From assembly GCA_963722075.1 (NCBI GenBank), contig CAVRJM010000001.1:224001-288000 (forward strand): 64,000 nucleotides of DNA, read 5' to 3'. The stretch is from Candidatus Babeliales bacterium (GTDB lineage Bacteria; Babelota; Babeliae; Babelales; JANWKD01). Made by a program: the position numbers and the translations under genes. The notes below the pieces were generated by a model, which did no database searches, was not told where the DNA came from, and saw nothing but the letters and a program-made list of their open reading frames with translations. Shown here piece by piece: positions 47,196 to 57,226 of this stretch; the stretch's first letter is position 1; every line of letters starts with the position of its first letter.

Positions 47196-48461
47196 ATGAA
47201 TAGCAATAAATTAAGATGGCTTTTTTTATTATTTTTATCATATACCAGTATTTATACCATTGATAATCCGCATTTTTATCGTGCTAATTTCTTCTGGGGA
47301 GAGCCTCGTTTTGAGGAACCATGGCTCAGCACGTTTGAAATAACCTTTGGCGGGGGCAGTACTAAAAAAGCACGAAATAAAAAAGGCGAAAAAACAGATT
47401 TATTAAATATTTATGGGTTACAAAATATGCAAGCGCTTGCGCAAGGGGTTCCAAACCTTGATAGCAGTAATCCATTGGAGGCCATTCTTATTGATTTGGC
47501 GGCTCTTCCAGCACGCGATAATTTTGGCAAAGTTCGTTTTAAAGGGGAATTTGATATAGAGGAATTGGTATTAAATGGGTTTCAAAATATAAAAAACGGA
47601 TTTTTTTTGCAATGTTACTTACCCATTAGAAGTTTACATATAAATAACATTCATTTTATTGATGAATCTCCTGCTGACGATATTTTTCCTAATCGAAATA
47701 CCCCACAATGGCTTAGCTTTTTGAGTAATGTTACTACTATTTTATCGCAATTTAACCGTTCTATTGATAAAGTGAGTGAGACCGGAATTGGGGATCTTTC
47801 GCTTTTAATTGGATGGGCTCGTAATTATCAAGAGACCTGTTATATAGATTATTGTGATGTTGATGCCAAAATAGGAATATTATTTCCGACCGCAAAAAAA
47901 CAAAGTATTAGAAATCCCTTTAGCATTCCTTTAGGATATAATGGCTTTTATGGATTACCATTTAAATTTGATTGTTCTATTGGTTATTGGGAATGGCTAA
48001 CGGCAGGGTTTCATATCGGTGCACTTTTTTTATTTGAGCGTGAAAAGTTGCTTCCACTTAAAACGGCTCCTGACCAAAATGGTTTCATATTTTTAGCCCA
48101 AGGAAAAGCAAAAGTTGATCCTGGTACCTATTGGGAGTTATCCGGGTACGTTAAGGCGGATCATTTTTTTAAGGGACTTTCGTTGCTCATTGGCTACTGC
48201 TATACGCAAAAAGATGCTGATTGTATTGTACCATTAGATATGGAAGTTTTTAATCCAATTATTGTTAATACTGATCAGCGATTTAAATCATGGAATATGC
48301 AGGTGATCCACTGGATTATTGAATATGATTTTTCAAAGAAGCCTACTGATCTAAAGCCGCGTGTAGGTATTTTTTCTAACGTCTTGGTGGGAGGAAAACG
48401 AGTATTTAATACCAGTATTATTGGGCCATTTTTGGGGTTTGATGTTTCTTGGTGTTTTTAA
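47196..48461 (+). CDS. Putative outer-membrane beta-barrel protein
   Basis: Signal peptide, alternating aromatic/Gly strands, C-terminal FLGFDVSWCF ending in Phe. Confidence 0.6.
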   Translation: MNSNKLRWLFLLFLSYTSIYTIDNPHFYRANFFWGEPRFEEPWLSTFEITFGGGSTKKARNKKGEKTDLLNIYGLQNMQALAQGVPNLDSSNPLEAILIDLAALPARDNFGKVRFKGEFDIEELVLNGFQNIKNGFFLQCYLPIRSLHINNIHFIDESPADDIFPNRNTPQWLSFLSNVTTILSQFNRSIDKVSETGIGDLSLLIGWARNYQETCYIDYCDVDAKIGILFPTAKKQSIRNPFSIPLGYNGFYGLPFKFDCSIGYWEWLTAGFHIGALFLFEREKLLPLKTAPDQNGFIFLAQGKAKVDPGTYWELSGYVKADHFFKGLSLLIGYCYTQKDADCIVPLDMEVFNPIIVNTDQRFKSWNMQVIHWIIEYDFSKKPTDLKPRVGIFSNVLVGGKRVFNTSIIGPFLGFDVSWCF

Positions 48462-48892
48462 CCAATGGTTTCCTGGTTAAAAAGAAATAATTCTTTTAAT
48501 TTATCCTTGCTTTGATTAAGAAGAGATAAAAGTGAGCGGCAAAAAGGATCAGCAAGATATGATTCATAGGTGATTAAATAACTTTGCGATACTTTCTCAA
48601 GGGCATTAAATAAATAGTCAATATCTTCAAGAAGGTATGATTTAGTTTCTTCAGTGTTATTTATTAAGTTAATGATTGAATTATTTAAAATTAAAAACTT
48701 ATTAAAAAGATAATCTACCCAATCATCATGAAGTTGCTTATTAAAATGTATTACTTGTAAATCATTGCACAGTTCTTTGCAAATAATATCAATTTGTTGA
48801 AAATAAGGCGTTGGATACATTGGAATTTCGTTGCAATAAGCCGATGTAATAAAGAATAAAATGCCGAGTTTTATTTTAATATTTATATTCAT
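48458..48892 (-). CDS. Hypothetical secreted helical protein
   Basis: Signal-like N-terminus, AAGGG RBS, upstream TTGACA. Confidence 0.65.
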   Translation of the reverse strand: MNINIKIKLGILFFITSAYCNEIPMYPTPYFQQIDIICKELCNDLQVIHFNKQLHDDWVDYLFNKFLILNNSIINLINNTEETKSYLLEDIDYLFNALEKVSQSYLITYESYLADPFCRSLLSLLNQSKDKLKELFLFNQETIG

Positions 48893-49010
48893 AGAATATC
48901 CCTTAAAAAATTAATTTTCTTGAAGTATATACTATAACAATGGCATTTTTGAATTCAAATTGTCAATATAATAAATAGTAAAAAAATAAAAAGCGTTCAT
49001 TAGAAACAAA

Positions 49011-49037
49011 TAGAGGCTCCGTTTTTTGGAGCCTCTA
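49011..49037. terminator. Hairpin, probable terminator for the ssb-containing minus-strand unit
   Basis: TAGAGGCTCC-gtttttt-GGAGCCTCTA. Confidence 0.65.
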
Positions 49038-49057
49038 TGATGAGAACAAAAGTATTT

Positions 49058-49624
49058 TTAATGTTTTTGTGAATCAAGTAGCTTCAGTTGGTTAAAGATT
49101 GTGTAGCTTAGATGAGCGCCAGATGCACAGCACCCAGCTAATCCGAGGCTCGTAGTGAGGATGCCGTCTATAACATCCATTTTACTAAATTCTTTTTGAC
49201 AAAATTTTTCTATGCCATAACAAAGAGCAATTGCTCCAGTAAAAATACCGAGGACTGACCTACAGAGTTCAGGTGTTATGAATGGGCGATGCCGTTGGTA
49301 GGAGAGTCCTTTAGATGAAAGACTAATATCAAATCCCGATTGATCGTCATCTGAACGCAGTGATACGTTATATGACCGTTGAGGATTGCTTGAAGAAGGT
49401 GCGTCATATGAATAGTGGCGGCTGCTGGATTGAGCAGAGCTATTTGCAGGCCACAAGCCAAAGGTAATAACGTTAAGAAATCTATCAAGTTCTGCATCGT
49501 CTTGCTCTGCTTGTTCGCGTAGATTACGAGCAGATTCATAAAAAGTTTGCGATCTTTTATCTTTTCTCATGCCGTAGCAATTGATGATGCCCATGCAAAA
49601 TAATAAGAACACTATTTTTTTCAT
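49058..49624 (-). CDS. Secreted protein with two C-terminal hydrophobic segments
   Basis: Signal CYG|MRK; Ser-rich middle; two TM-like segments. Confidence 0.72.
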   Translation of the reverse strand: MKKIVFLLFCMGIINCYGMRKDKRSQTFYESARNLREQAEQDDAELDRFLNVITFGLWPANSSAQSSSRHYSYDAPSSSNPQRSYNVSLRSDDDQSGFDISLSSKGLSYQRHRPFITPELCRSVLGIFTGAIALCYGIEKFCQKEFSKMDVIDGILTTSLGLAGCCASGAHLSYTIFNQLKLLDSQKH

Positions 49625-49635
49625 GCTATTGTCCT

Positions 49636-50205
49636 TTAGAAAGGAAGGTCATCTTGAAAAGGTGGCTCGTCTTTAAAATCAAATTCGCCAGAAGGTAAAG
49701 CTGCTTGTTCAGATTGATTAGCGGGAAACTGTGTTGAATAAGCACCGGCTTTCTTTTTGGATTGTATGCGCCCTAATTTTTCTTGGGTAGCAATAACGGC
49801 TGGGTCAGAAGATTCAAAGGGCTGACTTTCTGAAGTTTGTTCAGATTCTGATTCAACTGAAGTAGCACCCTGATTGGAGCCTAAGAATACCACGCGATCA
49901 GCTACAATTGAATGCTTGCTGCGTGTTTGACCATCAGGTGTTTGCCACGTATCAAATTTGAGGCGACCTTCAATAAGCACTGAACGGCCTTTTTGTAAAT
50001 ATTGACGGCAACTTTCAGCTTGTGGTCCAAAAACATCAACATCAATGAAGCATACTTCTTGAACCATGGAACCAGTTTGTTTGTTTTTATAACTGCGATT
50101 TGATGCTATGCCTAAACGGGTTACCGGTTGTCCTGATGTTAATTGTTTATAATCTGGGTCACGCGTGAGGTTTCCTGCCATAATAATTCTATTGTAACTA
50201 GCCAC
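49636..50205 (-). CDS. ssb: Single-stranded DNA-binding protein
   Basis: NRIIMAGNLTRDP, KGRSVLIEGRL, C-terminal DDLPF. Confidence 0.97.
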   Translation of the reverse strand: MASYNRIIMAGNLTRDPDYKQLTSGQPVTRLGIASNRSYKNKQTGSMVQEVCFIDVDVFGPQAESCRQYLQKGRSVLIEGRLKFDTWQTPDGQTRSKHSIVADRVVFLGSNQGATSVESESEQTSESQPFESSDPAVIATQEKLGRIQSKKKAGAYSTQFPANQSEQAALPSGEFDFKDEPPFQDDLPF

Positions 50206-50295
50206 AAGTATCCTTTCTCTGTAATAATGTTATATTCAATAGTAGGTATTATAACAAAAAAAATAATTATTAAAAATTCATTTTATAAATAAATT

Positions 50296-50694
50296 TTATG
50301 CTGTTTTTATCGATTGATTAACAATTTGCTTAAGTTCTGCAGTATATTTTTTTATTTCATTATAAAAGTTATCTAACGACTTACTTATTTTTTCCTGAAC
50401 TGCTCGATATGCTTGCAATTGTTGGTTATTAGCCATTACAAAAAAGCTATTTTTATCTTGATTCACCAGTATTATTTCATGATCAATAAGCGTTTTTTGA
50501 AGGTCGGCGGTAGCTATATGAAGGTACGCGCTTTTTTTATCATTAGTGAGCATTAAGGAGCCACATGCTTCTTTAATAGCGGTATCGGATTCCTTTTTGA
50601 GTTTTGGTGGTGCTATAAACGATTCGGGTGCTGGTTGATCTGCATGCATTACCGTGGTGAGTACCAGGCAGCTGAGTAATATTTTAGTATTCAT
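50296..50694 (-). CDS. Hypothetical secreted protein
   Basis: MNTKILLSCLVLTTVMHA signal. Confidence 0.65.
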   Translation of the reverse strand: MNTKILLSCLVLTTVMHADQPAPESFIAPPKLKKESDTAIKEACGSLMLTNDKKSAYLHIATADLQKTLIDHEIILVNQDKNSFFVMANNQQLQAYRAVQEKISKSLDNFYNEIKKYTAELKQIVNQSIKTA

Positions 50695-50701
50695 GGGTAT
50701 A

Positions 50702-50920
50702 CTAATAGCCATTGTACGTTCCTTTTAGCTTTTTTATTTCTCTTTCTAAGTCTTTATTTTTGCTTTCTACTTCTTTAATATGATTCTCTAAGTTTCTCAC
50801 TTTAGATTCTAAGCTTTGTATCTTACTTTCTAGCTGATTCAATTTATAGGTTGTTGTATAATCAACTCCCTTTAGTGAGAATATACAAAATAATACGGTG
50901 ATACTTATTTTATAAGACAT
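50702..50920 (-). CDS. Small exported coiled-coil protein
   Basis: Signal-like N-terminus then LESKIQSLESKVRNLENHIKEVESK heptads; AAGGA RBS. Confidence 0.65.
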   Translation of the reverse strand: MSYKISITVLFCIFSLKGVDYTTTYKLNQLESKIQSLESKVRNLENHIKEVESKNKDLEREIKKLKGTYNGY

Positions 50921-50940
50921 ATGGATCCTTATTGATTTTA

Positions 50941-51025
50941 TGGATCCTCACGTCGCCATGGGCTCCTCAGGATGACAAGGAGTTGTTTTGATGTCATTCT
51001 GAGGCTGTTAGGCCGTAGGAATCCA
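50941..51025. repeat. Family A palindromic doublet
   Basis: TGGATCCTCACG...CTCAGGATGAC spacer GTCATTCTGAG...CGTAGGAATCCA. Confidence 0.82.
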
Positions 51026-51141
51026 GTTATAGATTAATTCCTTATTTTATATGCATTATAAACCGTTGGGTGCTTATTAACATTAATAGTATACTGCTAA
51101 AAAAGTTAATGAGAAAATTAAATAATCCCTCAGGAGTATAA

Positions 51142-51843
51142 ATGATAATAAATATGCTACTTATAGTATTACTTTCTTCTTCTTATTCATATGCACATGA
51201 AGAAAAGAAAAAAGATACGGCGGTAAAAACTGAAGTTGCAACAAAACTTTTTATAGGAGCATATATTACTGCCCTTGCCTTAGATATTGGCTCCTACCTT
51301 TCAACTACTCTGCAAAATAGTATATGGGGTGCAGGAGAAATAGATGATGCCGTTGCTCAACGTATTGATAAAATTGCGCTTACGTATAATTTCAAAAATA
51401 CTCCTGCTATTAAACAAGCATATTCTGTATGGCATTGGTTAGGAGGTTCATTATTTTCAAACCATTCAATCTTGTTTATTGATAAGGAGCTAGCCCAAAC
51501 GATCAGGAACATCGAGTATGATGATATGGGGTATCATAAAGAGACTGAAAGAAAAGTAATAAATCAACTAGTAGTTATTGAACATAATAGGGATTTGAAT
51601 ATTATTATTGCGGCATTAACGATACCTCTATTAACCTATGGCTTATTAAAGGGGTGTAACGTGCTGCTTAAAAAGATGGGGCAAGCCAATAATGCTCTTG
51701 TAAAGGCGATAAAAAATGGTATCGAGTATTGTTCAAGTAATAGCATAATTATTGGCTTATGTTCATTATCCATGCTGTATGGATTTATTAAAGCGCAAGA
51801 TTGGTATTTGGTAAATCAAGCAGGTGCCATAGTAGGTTACTAA
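51142..51843 (+). CDS. Hypothetical exported membrane protein
   Basis: AGGAG RBS, signal, about three TM segments. Confidence 0.7.
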   Translation: MIINMLLIVLLSSSYSYAHEEKKKDTAVKTEVATKLFIGAYITALALDIGSYLSTTLQNSIWGAGEIDDAVAQRIDKIALTYNFKNTPAIKQAYSVWHWLGGSLFSNHSILFIDKELAQTIRNIEYDDMGYHKETERKVINQLVVIEHNRDLNIIIAALTIPLLTYGLLKGCNVLLKKMGQANNALVKAIKNGIEYCSSNSIIIGLCSLSMLYGFIKAQDWYLVNQAGAIVGY

Positions 51844-52406
51844 CCATGTTTTCTTACAATTGAGCGAGTGCCAATCAAGATATATTGCGCTAACGAGGCA
51901 AATACTAAAAGAATGAGTATAATAAGAAAAAAGTTATATGTTTTTATTGGTACCCATTGAAAAAAGTAACAAAAGAAAAACCAGATAATAAAGCATATCT
52001 GCACAAACGTAGTACCTTTACCAAGCATGGTTGGTTGAATTTCAATTGATCCATGCAGGCAATAAATAATAAATGAGCCGCCAATTAAAATTAATTCTTT
52101 GCATAACACTAATAATACAAACCAGCGCGGAATGATAAAAAGTGGCGTTTTGATAAAGGCCAGCGTAGCAAAACAAGAAACTATAAGTAATTTATCAGCG
52201 CATGCATCAAGGCACGCTCCTAAGAAAGTGCGCATATGTAAAAGACGTGCTAAAAAGCCATCGATTACATCAGTTACCGCGGCTAGAACAAATAACCAAA
52301 ACGCTTTTTGCCAACAACTTTGTACCATTGCATACACTATAAATGGGGTAAGAAGAATACGTACTAACGTGAAAAGGGTTGGAATGGTGATATATCGCAT
52401 CATCAT
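51840..52406 (-). CDS. pgsA: CDP-alcohol phosphatidyltransferase (PgsA/cardiolipin synthase type)
   Basis: TDVIDGFLAR...LGACLDACADK motif. Confidence 0.88.
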   Translation of the reverse strand: MMMRYITIPTLFTLVRILLTPFIVYAMVQSCWQKAFWLFVLAAVTDVIDGFLARLLHMRTFLGACLDACADKLLIVSCFATLAFIKTPLFIIPRWFVLLVLCKELILIGGSFIIYCLHGSIEIQPTMLGKGTTFVQICFIIWFFFCYFFQWVPIKTYNFFLIILILLVFASLAQYILIGTRSIVRKHG

Positions 52407-52409
52407 ATG

Positions 52410-53462
52410 TTATTGAATAACCCCTGCTCCTAAGCACTGTGAATTAGCATAAAAAACAGCAAATTGCCCCGATGCAATACCTTGATCATTTTCTGTTAAG
52501 CGTATTTCTGCTTTATGATCATCAATAAATTCGATTGAACAGCTGTGAATTTGTGCACCATGACGTAATTTAACAAGCAATTCACGTTGCATTGGTTTTT
52601 TGCCTGAAATCCAATTAAAATTGCCAACAATACATGATTTGCGCAGTTTTTCTGCCGAGTAATAGTTTCGCGAAATATAAACAGTGTTACTGCTTGGATC
52701 TTTGGCAGTTACATACCAAGGGCCACCACTCAATCCAATGCCCTGACGTTGCCCAATAGTATAAAACCAAAAGCCTTCATGGATACCCATTTCTTTTCCT
52801 GTTTCAATTTCAATTAAAGGTCCTTTGGAAGTACCTAAATGATACTTTAAAAATTCATCAAATTTTAATTTCCCTAAAAAGCAAATTCCTTGGCTATCTT
52901 TGCGCTCTTTATTGGGAAGGTTAAATTGCTGGGCTAATGCGCGTACTTGGGATTTTTTTAACGCACCTAGGGGAAAAAGGGCTTTTTGTAATTGTTCTTG
53001 GGTAAGATACGAAAGAAAATAGGTTTGATCTTTAATAGGATCAGGGGCAGCATGGAGTTCCTTAAGACCATTTTGTTCAAGTACTTGGGCATAATGGCCC
53101 GTAGCAATTGCGTCAAATTGATTGCCAATAGCATCATAAAAACAACCAAATTTGATCTGTTGGTTACAGAGAATATCAGGGTTGGGGGTAAAGCCTGTTT
53201 TTACCTGAGTGATAGTGTAGGCCACTACGCGTTCCCAGTATTCTTTTTGTAGAGAAATAATTTGTAGTGGAATATCCAATTGGGCGCATACGGCTTGAAC
53301 ATAGGTTAAATCTTCTTGCCAAGGGCATTCGCCCAAAAAAGAAAGTTCGTCCTCAAGCCAAATTTTTAAGTAAAACGCCGTAACTGAATGTCCTTGATCT
53401 TTTAGGAGTTTTAAAGCAACTGAGCTATCTACTCCACCAGATACTAAAACTGCTATATTCAT
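52410..53462 (-). CDS. mnmA: tRNA 2-thiouridylase MnmA
   Basis: SGGVDSS, TPNPDILCN, ATGHYA, KDQTYFL, DSQGICF, TIGQR. Confidence 0.97.
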   Translation of the reverse strand: MNIAVLVSGGVDSSVALKLLKDQGHSVTAFYLKIWLEDELSFLGECPWQEDLTYVQAVCAQLDIPLQIISLQKEYWERVVAYTITQVKTGFTPNPDILCNQQIKFGCFYDAIGNQFDAIATGHYAQVLEQNGLKELHAAPDPIKDQTYFLSYLTQEQLQKALFPLGALKKSQVRALAQQFNLPNKERKDSQGICFLGKLKFDEFLKYHLGTSKGPLIEIETGKEMGIHEGFWFYTIGQRQGIGLSGGPWYVTAKDPSSNTVYISRNYYSAEKLRKSCIVGNFNWISGKKPMQRELLVKLRHGAQIHSCSIEFIDDHKAEIRLTENDQGIASGQFAVFYANSQCLGAGVIQ

Positions 53463-53508
53463 AATGTATAAATATAGCAGTTATTTTTAAGATCGCCTAT
53501 TAGGTTTG

Positions 53509-54291
53509 TTATTTTAAGGCGTTATTAAGATTTTCAAGTCTATTTTTTAAGTTTTTTAGGCTAAATTCTACAGAACGTTCTCCAAGGGAGGTGGCCCATA
53601 CTTCTTCTTCCTCCTCTTCTTCTTCAGGTGTTGTAATGGTACCCCACATAGTAGGCAATTCTTCTTCACTTTCAGATTCTTCCGCGGAAATCCATCCCTC
53701 TTCTTCCGATTCTGCTCCTTCTTGCGCGGGTTGTAAGCCAATAGTTTGTTCAATCATATGGCGCGTTTGATTATCAGTAAAGTAAGGAACAAAATGATGT
53801 CTAAGTTTCATATCGCCAGTTCTGCTTTTATAAATTGCACTATGTCGTCCACTGATTTTCATTATATCTATAAAATGCTTCGCATTAACCCATCTAAAGT
53901 CTTTTTTTTCTTTATCCCGTTGATCAGGCCCTTTTAAAATTTGTTGGGGGGTTTTATAGGGAACTTCTGCTAAAAATAATGAATAATATTTTTTTGGGCC
54001 AGGATTAGTGATCCCATCTTTTGGTTGTAAATCCTTTTCGGTTAGTTTGTAAGTACCTCGAGATTCTTCCCGCAGCTCACGCAAGGCAGTTTGCTGAGCA
54101 GTTTCATTTCTCTTACCGCCACCACCAAAATCAGCCCAGTCATCTTCTAGTGTTCCAAAAGCTTCTTGTCCTAGTAGAAAATATACGTTCCCTTTGTGTT
54201 TAGAATATGGAAGTACGCCCGCATTTTTTGCTTCTAGTGAAAAACTAATGATGCATGATAAAAAAATAATGATTAATGCTTTTTTATTCAT
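53509..54291 (-). CDS. Secreted NUDIX hydrolase with acidic tail
   Basis: Signal; AGVLPY...FLLG...WADFGGGGKRNETAQQTALRELREES Nudix box; Glu-rich C-terminus. Confidence 0.85.
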   Translation of the reverse strand: MNKKALIIIFLSCIISFSLEAKNAGVLPYSKHKGNVYFLLGQEAFGTLEDDWADFGGGGKRNETAQQTALRELREESRGTYKLTEKDLQPKDGITNPGPKKYYSLFLAEVPYKTPQQILKGPDQRDKEKKDFRWVNAKHFIDIMKISGRHSAIYKSRTGDMKLRHHFVPYFTDNQTRHMIEQTIGLQPAQEGAESEEEGWISAEESESEEELPTMWGTITTPEEEEEEEEVWATSLGERSVEFSLKNLKNRLENLNNALK

Positions 54292-54442
54292 AGTAACCCT
54301 TTTTTAGTTAGTTTCTTTCATTTTATATAAGATAGTTTTTTCAAAGCAATGATTTGAACACGGTATATTCATTCTAGACTTTTGATTTATTTCGATTTAT
54401 AACTAAAACAGCCAAAAAATATGAAGCATCTGAAAGGAGTAA

Positions 54443-55807
54443 ATGGCTAAAATAGTTATTCTTGGTGCAGGGCTAACTGGGCTTTCAGTAGCCTATCATT
54501 TAGAAAAAAAAGGATATTTTGATTACAAAATAATCGAAAAAGATTCTACGGTAGGGGGGTTATGCCGTTCGGTTCATCAGGATGGCTTTACGTTTGATTA
54601 TACGGGCCATTTATTACATGCCAGTGATCCTTATTTCCAGTCATTTATTGCTCAATTAGTGGGTATGAATACCCTTAATACTATTGTACGGCGTTCTTTT
54701 ATTTATTCTCATGAAGTATTTACCCATTATCCATTTCAAATAAATTTATATGGATTGCCGGTACCAGTGATTGCTGAATGTATCGAGGGTTTTGTAACCA
54801 GAAAAAGAAATAAAAAAATTGACTCGTTTTATGATTGGGCGCTTGCTACTTTTGGACACGGTATTGCCCGCCATTTTTTCTTTCCTTTTCAAAAAAAAAT
54901 ACTTTCTTACAACTTAAAAAAAATTACGGCATCATGGACGGGGCGTTTTGTACCATCCACGTCACTAACTCAAATGATTCAAGGGGCCATTAGCGACCCG
55001 GCACTTGATCAACAGATTGGCTATAATGCTCATTTTTATTATCCCAAAAAAGGAGGAATCTTTTTCTGGGTAGAAAAAATTGCGCAGGCTTTAAAAAATC
55101 ATATTTACACGGGATATGAAGTTAAATCAATTGATATGGAGGCAAAACGGGTTATTTTTGCTAATGGCGATTATGAGCAGTATGATACGCTGATTTCTAC
55201 TATTCCCTTAGATATATTGTTGTTGCGCTTAGAAGACCGTTCAACAACAACCTTTAAGAAAGCCCAAGATCATTTGGTTTGTAATTCAGTGATTAACTTT
55301 AATATAGGAATAAATAGACCAGATCTTTCTGAAAAGCATTGGATCTATTTTCCTGAAAATGAATTTCCTTTTTATCGTATTGGTTTTCCACATAACTTTA
55401 CTTCATATGCGGTGCCAACGGGCTGTAGTTCTTTGTATGGCGAACTTTCTTATGTTAAAAAATCAAAAAAGCGAATTAATGAACAATTGCAAACATCGTT
55501 AGCGATGACAAAAAAATTGTTGGGTATTGCTGATCATGAAATCGTTACTGAAAAAATTATTCCTATTAGCCATGCCTATGTAATTTATGATTTTTGGCGA
55601 GAAAAAAAGTTACCTTCCTTATTAAAAGAACTTCAGCATAATGATATTTACTCAATTGGACGTTATGGGGCATGGAAATATTCAAGCATGCAGGAAGCAG
55701 TATTAGATGGCAAGAAAATTGCTGAAGAATTAGTGGTAATGCCAGCCAAAAAAACATTTTTTGTTACGCCTAAGGAATATGTTGGACAAAAAGAGATAGT
55801 AAATTGA
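54443..55807 (+). CDS. FAD-dependent oxidoreductase (UDP-galactopyranose mutase / protoporphyrinogen oxidase-like)
   Basis: GAGLTG, VGGLCRS, FDYTGH, GRYGAWKY. Confidence 0.8.
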   Translation: MAKIVILGAGLTGLSVAYHLEKKGYFDYKIIEKDSTVGGLCRSVHQDGFTFDYTGHLLHASDPYFQSFIAQLVGMNTLNTIVRRSFIYSHEVFTHYPFQINLYGLPVPVIAECIEGFVTRKRNKKIDSFYDWALATFGHGIARHFFFPFQKKILSYNLKKITASWTGRFVPSTSLTQMIQGAISDPALDQQIGYNAHFYYPKKGGIFFWVEKIAQALKNHIYTGYEVKSIDMEAKRVIFANGDYEQYDTLISTIPLDILLLRLEDRSTTTFKKAQDHLVCNSVINFNIGINRPDLSEKHWIYFPENEFPFYRIGFPHNFTSYAVPTGCSSLYGELSYVKKSKKRINEQLQTSLAMTKKLLGIADHEIVTEKIIPISHAYVIYDFWREKKLPSLLKELQHNDIYSIGRYGAWKYSSMQEAVLDGKKIAEELVVMPAKKTFFVTPKEYVGQKEIVN

Positions 55808-56709
55808 AGTTTGATTTTTACAAAAATAAAAAAATATTAGTCACTGGTGGAGCAGGCTTTATTGGTTCACATTTAGTGCATCAATTAGTGAGTTTGGGTG
55901 CGCATGTACATGTGCTTGATAATCTAAGTACCGGGACACTTGAAAATATAAAACGCGTGCTGCCATCTATTACTTTTCTTGAAGATTCTATTACCAATAT
56001 AGCTGCCTGTTTAGCAGCCACTGATCAAGTAGATCTTATATTTCATTGCGCGGCACAAACTTCGGTACCCCAATCGATGGAAAATCCGCTCTTTTGTTTT
56101 CAAACAAATATTGAGGGTACGTATAATCTACTAGAAGCAGCGCGAAAAAATAAGGTGCGGCGCGTGGTGTTTTCTTCTTCTTCAGCAGTATATGGTGAGC
56201 GGCAGGAAAAATGTCATGAAGAAATGGTATGTCAACCCAGCTCACCGTACGGTTATTCTAAATATATTGGTGAATCATTATGCAAAACTTACACTACTGC
56301 ATTTAATCTAGAAACGGTGAGTTTGCGTTATTTTAATGTATATGGTGAGCGGCAATTAATTACGGGGCCTTATGCAGCAGCACGTGCAGTGTTTAAAGAA
56401 TGCATGCATCTTAATAAGCCAATTACGTTATATGGTGATGGATCACAGCTGCGTGATTTTGTAAGCGTACAAAAAGTAGTAGAAGCAAATTTGATCATGG
56501 GGATGCTATGCAGTAGTCAGATAAATGGGCAGGTTTTTAATGTAGCTTCAGGTTCTAGCATTAGTTTATTGGAATTAATCGAAGCATTAAAAAAAGAATA
56601 TCCTTCATATAATCAAGGGATATTATTTAAACCGGCACGCGCGGGAGATATTCGCTCTATTGCGGCTGATTGTACTAAATTAAATGGTATAAGAAGTACT
56701 ATTTCTTAA
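55804..56709 (+). CDS. NAD-dependent nucleotide-sugar epimerase/dehydratase
   Basis: TGGAGFIG, SSSAVYG, YGYSK, LRYFNVYG. Confidence 0.93.
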   Translation: MKFDFYKNKKILVTGGAGFIGSHLVHQLVSLGAHVHVLDNLSTGTLENIKRVLPSITFLEDSITNIAACLAATDQVDLIFHCAAQTSVPQSMENPLFCFQTNIEGTYNLLEAARKNKVRRVVFSSSSAVYGERQEKCHEEMVCQPSSPYGYSKYIGESLCKTYTTAFNLETVSLRYFNVYGERQLITGPYAAARAVFKECMHLNKPITLYGDGSQLRDFVSVQKVVEANLIMGMLCSSQINGQVFNVASGSSISLLELIEALKKEYPSYNQGILFKPARAGDIRSIAADCTKLNGIRSTIS

Positions 56710-57101
56710 CGTGATCTGCCGCTAATACCAATATTCCATGTATTACCCGCACCATTAACCCATAAATCATAATGATCTAGATCACCATTAAAGGTGAGGG
56801 CAGGATCGATATTGGCATTATCTACGTTATTATCACCCTTATAAAAAGATGCACTGGTATAAGTACATTCTTTTTCTTTATCGGATAAATTATAAGTTAC
56901 TTTGTGATTGGGGCCAATGTAATTATAATGCAGCGTTGTATTACAGATATCCGGTAGAGAAGGCATGCTTTTGGAATGTATATGAACGCTAATTCCTTCT
57001 TTTTTATTTACGTTATGGATAGTAATACTACCTTCGCCGGCGAAACTATTGCTGAGGTTTGATAAAAATACTAGTAATAAATAGGTAATTTTTTTATTCA
57101 T
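56706..57101 (-). CDS. Small secreted beta-rich protein (paralog of 57227..57628)
   Basis: Signal; CTYTSASFY, LWVN, WNIGI; GGAGG RBS. Confidence 0.75.
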   Translation of the reverse strand: MNKKITYLLLVFLSNLSNSFAGEGSITIHNVNKKEGISVHIHSKSMPSLPDICNTTLHYNYIGPNHKVTYNLSDKEKECTYTSASFYKGDNNVDNANIDPALTFNGDLDHYDLWVNGAGNTWNIGISGRSR

Positions 57102-57226
57102 AAGCCCTCCATTACTATAAAAATAACATAATTTATTTCAGTTTGGCAATAATTATTGCTGTTTTACCTTTAATATTGCTATAATAATTTATGGAGATTT
57201 TATTTGATGAAAATGAGGAGAATTTC

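Noticed and set aside
16041..51025. Possible CRISPR array or integron attC sites among the repeats
   Set aside because: No regularly spaced identical repeats, no cas or integrase gene, and arms lack RYYYAAC/GTTRRRY ends
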